A stretch of 64,000 nucleotides of DNA from Amoebophrya sp. A120 (lineage: Eukaryota > Protista > Dinoflagellata). This document shows positions 34,401-45,184 of the stretch, one piece after another. The position numbers were made by a program, and so were the translations under genes. The stretch is from NCBI GenBank assembly GCA_905178155.1, contig CAJINV010000012.1, forward strand, positions 429,271 through 493,270, in the 5' to 3' direction. The notes beneath the pieces were generated by a model that saw nothing but the letters and a program-made list of their open reading frames with translations, made no database searches and was not told the DNA's origin. The first letter of the stretch is position 1. The number at the start of each line of letters is the position of its first letter.

Positions 34401-36441
34401 GATCGCCATCACATGGCCGCGGCTCCAGCGCACGCTCGCGTCCCGTGATGCGCCACCCGGCATCTGCTGATGCGCGGACCCTGCGCGGAAGATGTCTTCC
34501 CGAAAGCGTCCGACTCCACCCACGCTGGGGATTGTGCGGGGCCGCGTGTGGTGACCAGCCTTCTCATCGAAGACAGTGACGAAGCGCCCTTTTCCGCTCG
34601 TGTTGTGCTTTATACCGAGGTCCATGCTAATATGCTTGTCATGGCGCCTGCCCAATCCACCGGCAGTCATTGTCGGCGTGGCGGTCCTTTACCGTGCTTC
34701 TGGGCGTGGGCAAGACGGTAAGTCGATGGCTGTCGTCGGAGGAGAGGCCATGTACGTTTTCAGTGTGCGCACGGACGCTCGGGGCGCCGATGCTCTAGCT
34801 AGTACTACTGTAAAGGGGCACAGAGGACCCGCCACGTACGGGCGTTTATCTACTTTCCTTTCGAAACTCCACTGCAGGGAGTCGGGGGAGGTACCGACGT
34901 GGCGTCAGTGGTAGTAAAACAATTTAGGAGATGAGCAACAGAATGGTCCTACTCTACGGCATAGCTCCCCCTGTTCTACATTGATGGATCTCAGGCAACA
35001 AGACAAAGTCTTGAGCCAAAATGGCTACGGCATGACTCTTGAATCTGTCATGCAGGTTACCCAAGCGCTGAGCTTTTTTGTCATGCAGAAACGCAGTTTG
35101 TCATGCAGAATAGGCAACACCTAGAAGCTCAGAAACTTGTCATGCTGGGCCAGCACTTGTGGCCTCATCATGATGCGCCACCCAGCATCACAAGTTTCCA
35201 GACCCAGACATTTTTGCATTTGATAGATACACTCCTCTCACCAAAGAGCTCGGACAAGCCCCCGTGGCGCCAGAAATATTTTTAACATGATGTTGGTCAA
35301 CTTCTACACCAGTGCCACTGCACTCACCCTTCGCCAACTTGCGGTAGAAGTCCCTTTGTGCCTTGCTGTAATCATCCTCGGGAAACTCGCCTTTCGCGAG
35401 GTTGCGGTAAAAGTCTTTGTCCTGCGCTGCTTTCAATTGCTCGTTTGTTGTTATTTTTCCAGGAAGCTGCAAAGGCAAACCCAAACCCACCCCGCCGAGC
35501 AAGGCGGCTTGCGCCGCGAAGTGGCCGCTACCGCCGGGGGCCGTGGCCAGCATCTGCTGTGCAGCAGCTAGGTAGCTGTAGTAGGCGGAAGCGGCTGGCG
35601 CCGCTCCAAGCTGCCCGAGATGCTGGTGGTGCAACTGCAGCAAGGGATCTTGAGGGAAAAGCAAGGGGTTGATATTGTGCAACGGCGGAAACGCGCCGGC
35701 GCTAAGCGGAAGAACACCCGGAGGACCACCGGGAGTCTGCTGGATCGCAGGTGTAGCAGTGGTTGTGGTACTTTTTGCCGCAGAAGACGCACCAGCTCCT
35801 GGGGTCGTCGATGTACTAGTAGCCTGTTGCTTGATCCCAGCCAGCGAAGAACCGCTTGGAGAAGTCGTGCTGGAAGGCGTCTTCAACACTGCATCAGCCG
35901 CAGAGGCAGTGGGCGACGGCTGTGCACAAGAACCACGACCTCCCTGAGGTAGAGGTTTATCCCCATGATGACTGCTCTTTCGCAGGCTATCCGGCGAGGG
36001 AGAGCTCGGGGAAAAGCCGGCGACTGTAGAGCTGTTGTCGTCCTCTTCGGTAGGACTACTCAGCAACTCGTGCAGCAGCTGCTCGCGTCTGGTTGTGGTT
36101 CTTGTAGTTCCCGCAGAAGTTGGATTTGTCGTGTTGGAAGCAATCGCATGGCTGCTCAGGTCAAACTTTTTGGAATTTGACAGGTGCGAGGCGTTGTTGT
36201 AGTTTTGGTCCGAGTTGCTCTGACAATTCCAACCTCTACTTTTCTTGTACTCCCAATCCTGCTGGTGTTTGTACTCCCAATCTGGCTTGAAATTCTGCAG
36301 ATACCGGTTTTTCTTCGGGCCGGTTTTGGAAGACCAAGAGCCTTTATTTGCGGAGTAGCGGCTGCCGTATTTGCTATATCGTTCTTCGCGGCCCGTGCCT
36401 GACGTCTCCGAAGTACTAGAGGTCGGGTACGAGTGCTTCAT
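28495..36441 (-). CDS. Large orphan protein (1332 aa, 8 exons) with low-complexity N-terminus and a family-3 module
   Basis: Seven introners each removed with one DR give a continuous 3999-nt frame: GVY|QHAE, HDQ|SKANRADP, IGE|SAKQ, ELMK|LKKQW, LNA|TLLHDVLPACRRL, SLQL|EKL, QRG|HQEF. Confidence 0.85.
28634..28939. mobile_element. Introner, family D
   Basis: TATTGCAATGAAAAATGCCCCCACCCCC...GGGGGTGGGGGCACTTTTCACTGTAATA; exact DR GCCCC. Confidence 0.9.
29018..29253. mobile_element. Introner, family E
   Basis: TATGGGACTCTCAAACGTTA...TAACATTTGAGAACGCCATA; exact DR CAACT. Confidence 0.9.
29462..29742. mobile_element. Introner, family C
   Basis: TATCAAATGCAAACGTGTCAGGGTCTGGA...CCCAGACATATTCGCAATCCATA; exact DR TCGCG. 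Confidence 0.9.
29788..30014. mobile_element. Introner, family H
   Basis: TIR of about 33 bp, TAT(C/G)CAAGAAAAAA.CTGT.T.AGTGTAA.TCT; exact DR CTTCA. Confidence 0.9.
32077..32240. mobile_element. Introner, family G
   Basis: 30-bp TIR TATCAC..GAAAAAGTGTT.ACGTTTA.GG; exact DR ACTCT. Confidence 0.9.
32452..32730. mobile_element. Introner, family D
   Basis: TATCAAAGTGAAAAAAGCCCCCGCCCCATATC...GATATCGGGAGGGGGGATTTTTCCTTCCGATA; DR CTGTG/CTTTG. Confidence 0.85.
32871..35031 (-). mobile_element. Retroposed copy of a spliced-leader-bearing RNA
   Basis: The 5' boundary is exactly the dinoflagellate SL; imperfect target duplication GGCA(TGA)CTCTTG on both sides; no introners inside and no recognisable ORF. 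Confidence 0.75.
35010..35031 (-). other. Dinoflagellate spliced leader (DinoSL) sequence, perfect 22-mer
   Basis: The minus strand reads GCCGTAGCCATTTTGGCTCAAG, which is DCCGTAGCCATTTTGGCTCAAG. It is followed by AC rather than the GT of an SL RNA gene. Confidence 0.95.
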
Positions 36442-37528
36442 CTTCGATTAAGCTGTATTGTGCTTGTGGATGGACAGAGAGTTCTTGTATCTTCTACAGT
36501 CGTAATCGTAAATCCTCTTCTCTACGAAAAGCAAGATGTTGATTGCCTCTCCGGAATCAATGAAAGGTGAATACGAACTGGTCTTAGTGGTGCAAATAAT
36601 TTCATCATACTTTTCATTTTCAAGTGAAGACATCCTCATGGAAGATGCTGGCGTCTCAACTTCTCGACGACAGTGACGGACGCTGCTCTTCATCATGTCG
36701 CTCGCTTCAAAATTTTAATGAAATGGCAAATAATTCAAACCAAACTTAGCAAACACTTTATTTGCGATAAGTCTCTCTGTCTCTCTCTCTTTTGCTTTTC
36801 ACGACCCATGCTCTTATTGTCAACCAGAAAAGCACCAGGGACCCAGGCTGCAGATATTACTGCTCAGCTCCAAAATTATACCGGCTCAAGCAACACCACC
36901 TCCAGCAACAGCAGGGCAAGAATCTGCACTCCACCACCTGCGGTTAAGAGCGGAGTCGGTCTCCTTTTTTTTTGGGAAAAGAAAAGCTCGCTAACAAAGT
37001 TCAAGCTCATCGAGAGTTCTTCTACTTCACAACTTCAAGTTCTGCGTAGTGGTAAATACCAGGTCACGTTTTTAGTGTAGTAAAATCTTATCAGATGATT
37101 TTGCAAAAGCTCAATACCAGCCAAGTTCAAGTTCTGCGCAAGAAATTTATCAAAACGAGCTTTCAACAAATCGTAAAATCGAAATCGGAGGGGTGTTTTT
37201 ATCTCCGCAAAAACAAGGTCGCGCTGCACTAGCTCTGCAAAAGAAGTACGTCAGTGTACATAGTTCTCAAGAAGTGGTTGCTCAAGATGAAAGGCAATAG
37301 AGTAATCCAAAGAAACGACTTGCTCTCGTCCGCCTAGTGAATACGTTTACAGATAGCAGTGTAATTTCAATTCACTAGGGTGAGTTAGTAGTAGTTGCTT
37401 GGCACTTCTAAATAATCGCTTTCATCTGAAATCAAACTCTCTCTCTTTATATAATTTCGTTTGCCTTCTTGGTGGTACGACCTTTTGCAGATAGTTCAAC
37501 TGAATCTACTAGTTGCTCCAACACGACC

Positions 37529-39504
37529 TCACGCTCCCACCGCCGGGGGTCGTTTTTTCCCGAACAAGATCGCCACAACGGTCGTCAACACCAAGCCCAA
37601 CATCGAAGTCCCGATCACACTCCAACTGGTCACGCACGCGATGTAGACCGTCCAGAACAGCAATGGCGCGGTTTTGAACGCGGTGGTTTTACTGGCCATC
37701 ATCATCCCCCAGGACAGCCACGCCGCGGACATGGTGTTTGCCATCGTTTCCACTAAAAACGCCTGCCGGAACCCGAACTTCTCCGCCACCCGGGACACCA
37801 AAATGGACGTCGGGAACCCCAACGCGATGGCGCCGGCCAGCCAGAGTTTCAGCGGTTGGTCAATGTTATGCAATGCAAAAGTATCGTACTAGTATAAATT
37901 GCATTACAAATTCCCCCAGCATTACAAATTGAATTTGTAATGGTGATTTACTTTGACAAGTGGATTTGTAATGCATAAATGCAATTACTACGAGTACGAT
38001 ACTTTTGCACAGGATAAATGGGCAGGTACATGGACTTCAGCAGCACCGCACCGAGTTATGACAGTGCACAACTTCCCACCCCCCTCATTTGTCATGCAAA
38101 ATGCGAAATCCAGGCTGTGCCTCTTGGGAGTGTTTGCATGACAAACTCCGGAAGCCCAAACAGTACTGCGCTCCTGTGCAAGTTTGTCATGCAAAACTGC
38201 CACTCTTGCTGACGCTTGGATTGCCGTTCGTGCTATAAAAATAAGGAGGAGGGGAAGTTGTGCACTATCATATGAGTAAAATATCCACCGCGCCCATGCC
38301 TTTCAGAATGCCCGTCACGAGCCAGCGCTGGTGATCCGGGGGGTCGTCAGAGGAAAAGGCGTCGTCGTCATCATTTTTGGAATGTAGTTATGCATCGCAA
38401 AGTGAGTATCGTACTTAGTATCTCTATTTGTATTGACAAATAATATTCCAAGAGGGAAAGATAAAACTTGTCATGCTGGGGCAGGTAAAAAAGCGGATCT
38501 GTCATGCGGCCAAGCTGGCAACTAGTACGAAAATACCACTTTTGCATTTGATAATAGTGGGTGGTTGTGCGATGCCCCGCCGGTGGCGCCGTCTTCTCTG
38601 TAGTTGTCGCTAGCGCTGTTTTATCAAATGTAAAAATGTCTGGGTCTGGAAGAATGCAAGTTTGTCATGCTTTTCTGGCATGAGTCTTAAATCTGTCATG
38701 CACATTACCAAAGAGCCCCACTTTTCTGTCATGCAGAAACGTAGTTTGTCACGCAGAATAGGCAACACCTAGAAGCTCAGAAACTTGTCATGCTGAGCCG
38801 GCAATTGTGGCCTCCTCATGATATGCCACACAGCATCACAAGTTTCCAGACCCAGACATTTTTACATTTGATATGTTTCGCCCGCTCATGCCGCAGGCAC
38901 TGTTGATCATATTTCCACTATGAACTGCAAAAGTATCGTATTCGTATAAATGCATCACAAATCTCCTCAGCATGAGAAATAAAATTTGTCATGCGGATTT
39001 GCCTTAAGACAAAGATTTGTAATGCAAGACTTGCATTTGTACGAATACGATACTTTTGCACAGCATATCCACGTTTCTTTAGCATTTTGTTCCCGGGGAG
39101 AAAGCACAGGAAGTACTGCGCTGTGGAAAGCATCTTCTCGTCGTCGGGACTGGTGTTACTAGCATGACCCCCATGCTGATCCTTGCCGTTGTGCTTCTGG
39201 AGAATACTCGTATTATCGTCCCCCAATAACGGGCCGATGACCGGCAACGTCGCTAAGTCCACCCCGCTGCGGTTTAAGATCAGTGTGTATGCACTGCAGA
39301 AGTATCGTACTAGTAGTAATTGCAATACAAATTCGCTCAGCATTACAAACGGAGTTTGTCATGCTGATTTGCCTTGGGAAGGAGATTTGTAATGCATGAC
39401 TGCGATTACTACAAGTACGATACTTTTGCACAGGATAGTGTGCCCGCACCGGCGATGAAGATCGGTTTCACGGCGTGGAGAGCGGAAACTTCGAGCATCA
39501 CCAT
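37529..39504 (-). CDS. Multi-pass membrane protein (287 aa, 7 exons, about 4 C-terminal TM helices)
   Basis: Six introners removed give an 864-nt frame: MVMLEVSAL...GAGT|LILN...KKRG|NMIN...GRN|SASD...HPL|HSK...DILL|GAVLLKSMYLPI|DQPLKLWLAG... Confidence 0.9.
37867..38016. mobile_element. Introner, family A
   Basis: TATGCAATGCAAAAGTATCGTACT...AGTACGATACTTTTGCACAGGATA; DR AATGT/AATGG. Confidence 0.9.
38057..38272. mobile_element. Introner, family B
   Basis: TATGACAGTGCACAACTTCCC...GGGAAGTTGTGCACTATCATA; DR CGAGT/TGAGT. Confidence 0.9.
38389..38553. mobile_element. Introner, family A-like
   Basis: TATGCATCGCAAAAGTG...CACTTTTGCATTTGATA; DR GTAGT/ATAGT. Confidence 0.85.
38622..38873. mobile_element. 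Introner, family C (young)
   Basis: Perfect 30-bp TIR TATCAAATGTAAAAATGTCTGGGTCTGGAA; exact DR TGTTT. Confidence 0.95.
38919..39067. mobile_element. Introner, family A
   Basis: TATGAACTGCAAAAGTATCGTATTCGTA...TACGAATACGATACTTTTGCACAGCATA; exact DR TCCAC. Confidence 0.95.
39288..39437. mobile_element. Introner, family A
   Basis: Family-A TIRs; exact DR GTGTG. Confidence 0.9.
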
Positions 39505-39817
39505 GTTGTTTCCTTGTTTTTGTCGTTTCTCGTCTAGAAGTTGTTCATATGCGTAGTTGCTGTCTTCACCGGGCCGTAGGCAGAGGAGGAGAAAATCTTG
39601 TTCCGCAAGCGAGAGGATGAGAAAAAATCGGAGGGCATGGGAGTTGTCGTTGTCATTGAAGTTGTACTTGCGCTATTCGGTCGTGTCAACATGGCGATTT
39701 CAAAGATCATTACCGCACAACTAGTACTAGATGATGACCCGTGCTCTTCACATAATAGTTCTGTGGTACAACAACGTCTATCGGTATCGCTACATTTTTT
39801 GGGAAGAGAAAATAAAT

Positions 39818-40023
39818 TATGGAGAGAAAAAAGTTTGTCACAGTCACTAACTTGCAGGTTTTGCATTACAAATTTTCTCAGCATCACAAACTTTCCTTGT
39901 ATTGCAGAAACACTAGGGAAATCCCTAATAAAGTTTGGCTGTGATGCATTTTTCCGCATGATAAACAATTTTGTATTGCAAGAATGCGCATGAGTGATCG
40001 TGACGAACTTTTTTTCTTTGATA
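39818..40023. mobile_element. Introner-type element, family J, outside coding sequence
   Basis: TIR TAT..A.A.AAAAAAGTT.GTCAC..TCACT; DR TAAAT/TAAAG; internal GCATTACAA and GCATCACAA motifs. Confidence 0.85.
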
Positions 40024-40027
40024 TAAA

Positions 40028-41142
40028 GTCAAGTAGTGATATTCTGGTACCGCTGCACGAGATAACTGAAGAAAAATTGTACCATAGAGATGGAACTGCT
40101 GCAACAAGTACAAGTAGCAGCGGCCTGAAGTCTGCATCGAGGGCGCAACGCCGTGACTTGCTACCCTCCGTCCACCCTTTTTACCCCTCGCGCGCACGAA
40201 GGGTGAAAAGGGGTAATCGTAATGAGGATGGAGTCGCGGCACTGTGCCTTGAGCCAAAGTCGTCCAGTGGTAGAGTGCGGCTCACTAAACCGCGGAGCCA
40301 CGACTTCGTTCTGGGCTCAACATACAACGCATCCGACCTGCTGACACCCATGGGCCTGCTGCATGATATTGACGCGGACCTGTGACTGTGGCAAAGACGC
40401 GAAGTCTGCGTCGCGACATTTTTGGCTCAATGCGCAGCGCCGTGACTTCCCACCCCCGGTCCCGTTTCACCCTTCGCGCGAAGAGCGAAAAGGGAATGGG
40501 GGCGCCAGGAGGTCGGGGCGTTGTACCTTGTTGAGCCAAAGTCGTTCAGTGCTAGGGGTCAGGTCACTGCACCTGAGAGCCACAGGTCTCAATATGCGGC
40601 GCGTCGTCCGAGCTCAGGCGGATCCAAGTGGCAACGCCACGAAGTCTGCACCGAGACACTTCATTTGGCCCAAGGTGCAACGCGGTGCATTGCTCCCCCC
40701 AGCCCCTTTTCTCCGTTTGCGCGCAAGCAAAGTCGGGGAAACGGACGGGGGCGGGGGAGTCGCAGCCGCGTGCGTGGGGGTTGGGTTGGGGTGGGATGGG
40801 TGGGCAGGGTGTTTCGAGTGGTTGCCAGCGGTGTCTCGCTACAGTAGCTACTGCATAAATCAAATCCGCCCCCGCAACGCTAGCTACTTTGCAGGAGCCT
40901 GAGGCCCACCCAGGCTTTCGATTATGGGCACTGCGGGTGGAGCCGGAGCGGCTCTGCTCCGCGCACCAAATAAAACTAACATCTGGCGCAGCCCGCGCCC
41001 GGATAGCAGCCGCGGGACATGATCTACCCCCGGTCACGGTCCGGCCGGCCGGCCGGCCGGGTGGACGTGACCTCCCCGGTCACGTCGAGTTTCTCTGTTA
41101 GTCTGTTCCTGGTCAAGTAGTGATATTCTGGTACCGCTGCAC
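40028..41142. repeat. GC-rich block of three foldback units bounded by 31-bp exact direct repeats
   Basis: GTCAAGTAGTGATATTCTGGTACCGCTGCAC at 40028-40058 and 41112-41142; units start GAAGTCTGC at about 40127, 40401 and 40641. Confidence 0.8.
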
Positions 41143-42029
41143 CAGACAATTGAGGATTGGTTTTTGTGCTGAAAACCTGTCTTCTACAAAACAACAACAC
41201 GCCTATGCCAATAAAGCCATCCTGGAGCTGTTATACTAGAAAATGACAATCAAGATTCCTACACGGGAGTGGTCGTACGGATCTTCGTCTGGAGTACTAC
41301 TATATATGTAGAGTTTCTAAGGATGATCCTCCATCTCCATCTACAGAGACAACGCATCTTCATCTGCTAGTTCGTTGCTTCGATATTCATGCAAAGTGCG
41401 GTTTTTGGACCTTTCTCACCTCGTGTTTGGTAGTCTCCGCCGAGGCCAGTGCTCTCTTCACGACACACATCTACGCTTGCTCGCCGCGTAGTTGTAGTAA
41501 CAGTTTTGGTATAGTGCTGTCATGGCCTCCTTTGCTTTTGAAGATGCTTCACTCATCATTAAGCGTCCAGCGCACGGAAAGAGCAATAGGTGGGGTAGCT
41601 CCCTCGTACCTACTAAGCCTTACTCGAGATCTTCTGGCAAAAACTAAGCGAGTGCGACCGCGACGTCGAGCGATACGACGGAACAAAACTAAGCTTATCG
41701 AGTGCTTCGAGATCGATGAGGGCACCAATGGCTGTGTCGCTATCTCACACAGAGGACACGACGAAAATTATCTGTAGAGCTAATTTCATCGACGCCAGTG
41801 TGTCGATGTGGAAAACAAGGACAAATTCTTGCATTTTTTTTTGCCGGAGGGGATATAAATGATTCGGTTTTTATGGTAAGTGGTAGAAGCACTGCAATGG
41901 CGTTGCGCTCCTTCCATCACTACCTTTCTACGTAGTACTGTTGTATTTTTTTTATCCTCGCAGAAGTCCTACTTCTCTCGCCACTTCAACTTTCCAAAAA
42001 ACTGCCGAGCGTTTGTACCTGTCGACCCC

Positions 42030-45000
42030 TCACTCATACATCCTCACCGCCCGCATGTCCTTCAAAAACTGCCTCAGATTTTCTATCCTTTCCCTGCACC
42101 TCGTGTCGTTCCGCTGCTCAAGCTCTCGCAGCTCCTCCGCATATTGCTTCTCGAGGTCTGCCAAGCTGACCTCAGGTTGTTTTACCGGGCCTTTTGCTTT
42201 CGTTCTTGTTCTTTTCGCGGTTTTTGAACTTGTTCTAGTACCCGCTGCTGGTGCAGCCTTTTGGGACGAAGAGGAAGCGGATAGTGCGGAGGAAGAAGAC
42301 AACATTGCAGCACCTCGCCCCCTCGCAGGCACCAGTTTCTTATCTTCAGAAGCCTGACTCGTCTCTTGCTTCGCGTTTGCCTTTTTGGTTTCACGACTTT
42401 TACTGCTTTCTACTAACGCCAAATAGATCTCCAGTTCCGACACGCTGAAGGGCCGCAGCCGGGTTTTCTGGATTCCTGCCGACGAAATGTAGTCCAAAAC
42501 ATAGCCAGTGACAGTTTCCTGCTCCTCGCAGTGGTCCCCCGTGTTTGACGTTCCATCGTCCTTCTTTTGCGTTCTAATCTTCCCCTCAGAAATCAACTGC
42601 TGGATCTGCGCGCGGGTTTTCGAGGGATCGAAATGCTTCGGGTTGAGAAGCTTCAGCTGCAAGAACTTGGTCGCGCTGGTGGACAAACCGGGAGCATCAG
42701 TTTCGCTCGGCTGTAGTGAGATTTTGCCGTCCACACCCATCTTCTTGCTGTTTCGCGCAATCTGCTCCACTTCCGAGGATTTATTGTCGGTGGCTTTTGA
42801 AGATTTTGCTGTGAGAAAGGATGTATCCTCTTCATCTTTGCTGGTCGACCAGCGCCCAGTTGTTGCTTTAGTGGTTCTTGTTTCGGAGCTCTTGCTATTA
42901 CCCTGATGTTGCGCCGTGGCTGCTGATTTCATCTTCCGTTCGTTGGACAAATCGTCCGGGTCGACGTCCTTCCGTGCTGAAGATTTTAGTTCCGGCTTCA
43001 ACACCTGCGATGCTTGTTTCTGGTCTAGTTTCAATCGCCTCCGCCTCTTCGCCTCCTGTAACGCGACTAACTCGTCTTTGTATAACAATGCACAACTCCC
43101 GCTCCCTCTCATTTTGTATAGCATGAACGGCAATACAAGCATCAGCAAGAGCGCCGGTTTAGCATGACAAATTTGCATATGAAATACTAGACTACTACGC
43201 CGGCGTCCAGGACGCCGGCGATAGGTCGTCTAGTAAGTCTAAAATTGAAAAACTATCATGAAACGCTACCGGAACAAATTTGGCGACAGAGTCGCGCTTG
43301 TGGGAATCTGCTAGCGGAGACGCGGCCACTAGTAGGAACCCTCTAGGCGGTTTTAGCATGACAAAACGGGCCCGCGCTTGCTAGTGACGCCGTTCCCTAG
43401 TAGCGGCCCGCATTAGAAGCGGACGCGCCCGCCTTCGTTCCCTGCGCTTCTGCCCCGTCCCAGCCCGGCCGCTGGCCTTGGCCTGCTTCCCGTTTCTTGG
43501 GCTGTCTGACTTCTACAAAGAACCACCCGCAGCGCTTTCTAAGCAAGGCCGTCCAGCGAAGCTCTCGAAGCGAGGCCTCTAGAAGGCAAAGAATTTCCTA
43601 GAGCCACTCCCGCTACTCCTCCTGTAGCCTCCCCCAGATATCCACCCAGATATCCCCCCAGACATCTCCCCAGACATCTCCCCAGACATCTCCCCAGACA
43701 TCTCCCCAGATATATCCCCAGATATATCCCCAGATATATCCCCAGATATATCCCCAGATATATCCCCAGATATATCCCCAGATATGTCCCCAGATATGTC
43801 CCCAGATATGTCCCCAGATATATCCCCAGATATATCCCCAGATATATATAGGGCTATTTAGGCTACCATAACTTGTCATGCAAACAGTGCCACGAGGCAA
43901 AGAGTGGAATGGGTATTTTGCATGACAAATGAGGAAGAGGCGGAGTTGTGCACTGTCGTACTTTGTTGAAAGGCTTCAAAAACTGTTTTCCGTCAACTTC
44001 CATCGTGTAGCCCGGAAAATGATAGTGGAGAACTCGTCTTTATTATCCCCCTCTTTTGCAATGAAAAATCAAAATTATGGTCGTCGTGCTGCCTAATTCA
44101 CGACGATCTGATTGATCTTCGCGCTTGCGTGAAGATTTACACTACCAATACACCCAGACCGCGGAAGATTCGCTGGCAAGAGCACCAGTGCTGTCGTCCA
44201 GGCACTGATTTGCTAGTTGTAGACAAGTGCTGCATGATAGTACATTTTTGTTTTTCAGGTTGTAGCTGTGTGCCTTTCAAAAAAGAAGGACTGGGACGAG
44301 TTGTCCAGTATCATAACAAGAGTTGTCGACGCGAGTGACTTTATCATTCTGTAGCAAGTCCAGTAATTCGGCTACTGTTTTGGACGGGAAATTTCTACAG
44401 TCAATTCTTGTGTGCTCCTTATCGTCGTCCCGCTGATCTTCTACTAACTCACTACCGCCTGCTTCTTCCGCTGAAGAAATTTTATGTGTTCCACGCTCGG
44501 GCTTCTTGCTTCGTTCTACGTCATTAACGTCTTCTTCACGTAGTTCCTCGACTGCGACTGCCGTGGGTGGAGCAGATCTTGCTTTCGTTGGTGCAGTATC
44601 AAATGCAAATATATCTGGGTCTGGGAGACTGCGAGGTTTGTCATGCATATTTGGCACGAACCATGATTGTCTGTGATGTATGCCGTAGCATCACAGATTT
44701 TTAGAACCCTTTCTGATGCCTGTTCCGCATGAGAACAAATGCCCTCTCCACTTAGCACCAACTGCGCTCCTCTTGCTTCTCATGCAATACAGATTTTTTC
44801 GGAGTCCAAACGTAGCATCACAGATTCCATTCTTTCCTGACCCAGACATATTTGCAATGAATATGCAGCTTCATTTCGCTGGTGCTTCCCGTTTTTTCCC
44901 TGCCGCGTCTTGGCCGTCTTCTTGTTCTTCTGCGCCGCACATGGTACTGATCCCCGGTGCAGCTGCTCTCCTGTGCCTTGCTGCAGCTCATGCTTTTCCT

Positions 45001-45184
45001 TAACACTGTTCACCGCTGTGTTCTTCACATTTCCCTTTCCCCCGCCGTCTTCAGGAGAGTGGCTCCTGTCAACATCGACCGGAGGAGCGTGCTCGTCGTG
45101 TTTCTGTGGTTGCTTTGATGTTCGTTCAGTGACAGTCGCGGAGCTAGTGGTTGTAGATCGGGCTCGAAGAGAAATTTGTCCCAT
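42030..45184 (-). CDS. Hydrophilic K/S/E-rich orphan protein with C-terminal coiled coil; two introners resolved, one junction (about 44040-44340) unresolved
   Basis: Junctions NEAA|PTKA (44597-44863) and KPFNK|DELVAL (43081-43960) restore the frame. Confidence 0.65.
43081..43960. mobile_element. Family-B introner expanded to 880 bp
   Basis: TATAACAATGCACAACTCC...GGAGTTGTGCACTGTCGTA; exact DR CTTTG; both arms match 47073-47288. Confidence 0.9.
43632..43848. repeat. 12-bp minisatellite (CCCCAGATATAT and variants), 18 units
   Basis: Directly visible; variant units occur in blocks. Confidence 0.95.
44597..44863. mobile_element. Introner, family C
   Basis: TATCAAATGCAAATATATCTGGGTC...GACCCAGACATATTTGCAATGAATA; exact DR TGCAG. 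Confidence 0.9.

Larger units (their letters stand above)
32806..35225. mobile_element. Family-C introner expanded to 2420 bp by a nested insertion
   Basis: 32806-32870 and 35032-35225 together rebuild a copy of 38622-38873; exact DR GATAC. Confidence 0.9.

Noticed and set aside
32880-34971. 9-10-nt complementarities between the two ends of the SL insert (GGGGGAGCT/AGCTCCCCC; TACTACC/GGTAGTA) and a CTGACG..GAAA hammerhead-like stretch
   Set aside because: The matches are short and not in nested order, and the hammerhead core CUGANGA is not met.
35010-35031. SL RNA gene
   Set aside because: No GT donor follows the leader, and it coincides with an insertion boundary.
32806-35225. Autonomous introner encoding a transposase
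   Set aside because: No DDE, tyrosine-recombinase or RT motifs in the listed ORFs; the extra length is a nested insertion. The same applies to 43081-43960 and 55455-56371.
36448-36696. In-frame upstream ORF separated from 36441 by one TAA (possible readthrough)
   Set aside because: No homology or motif support; an 82-codon upstream ORF can arise by chance.
43613-43900. GYIW/GDVW repeat protein
   Set aside because: Translation of a 12-bp minisatellite inside an intron; no ATG start and no coding context.
44040-44340. Intron in the 42-45 kb gene
   Set aside because: An intron is needed here, but neither the nearest GT-AG pair nor the DR rule gave the correct frame, so no boundaries are reported.
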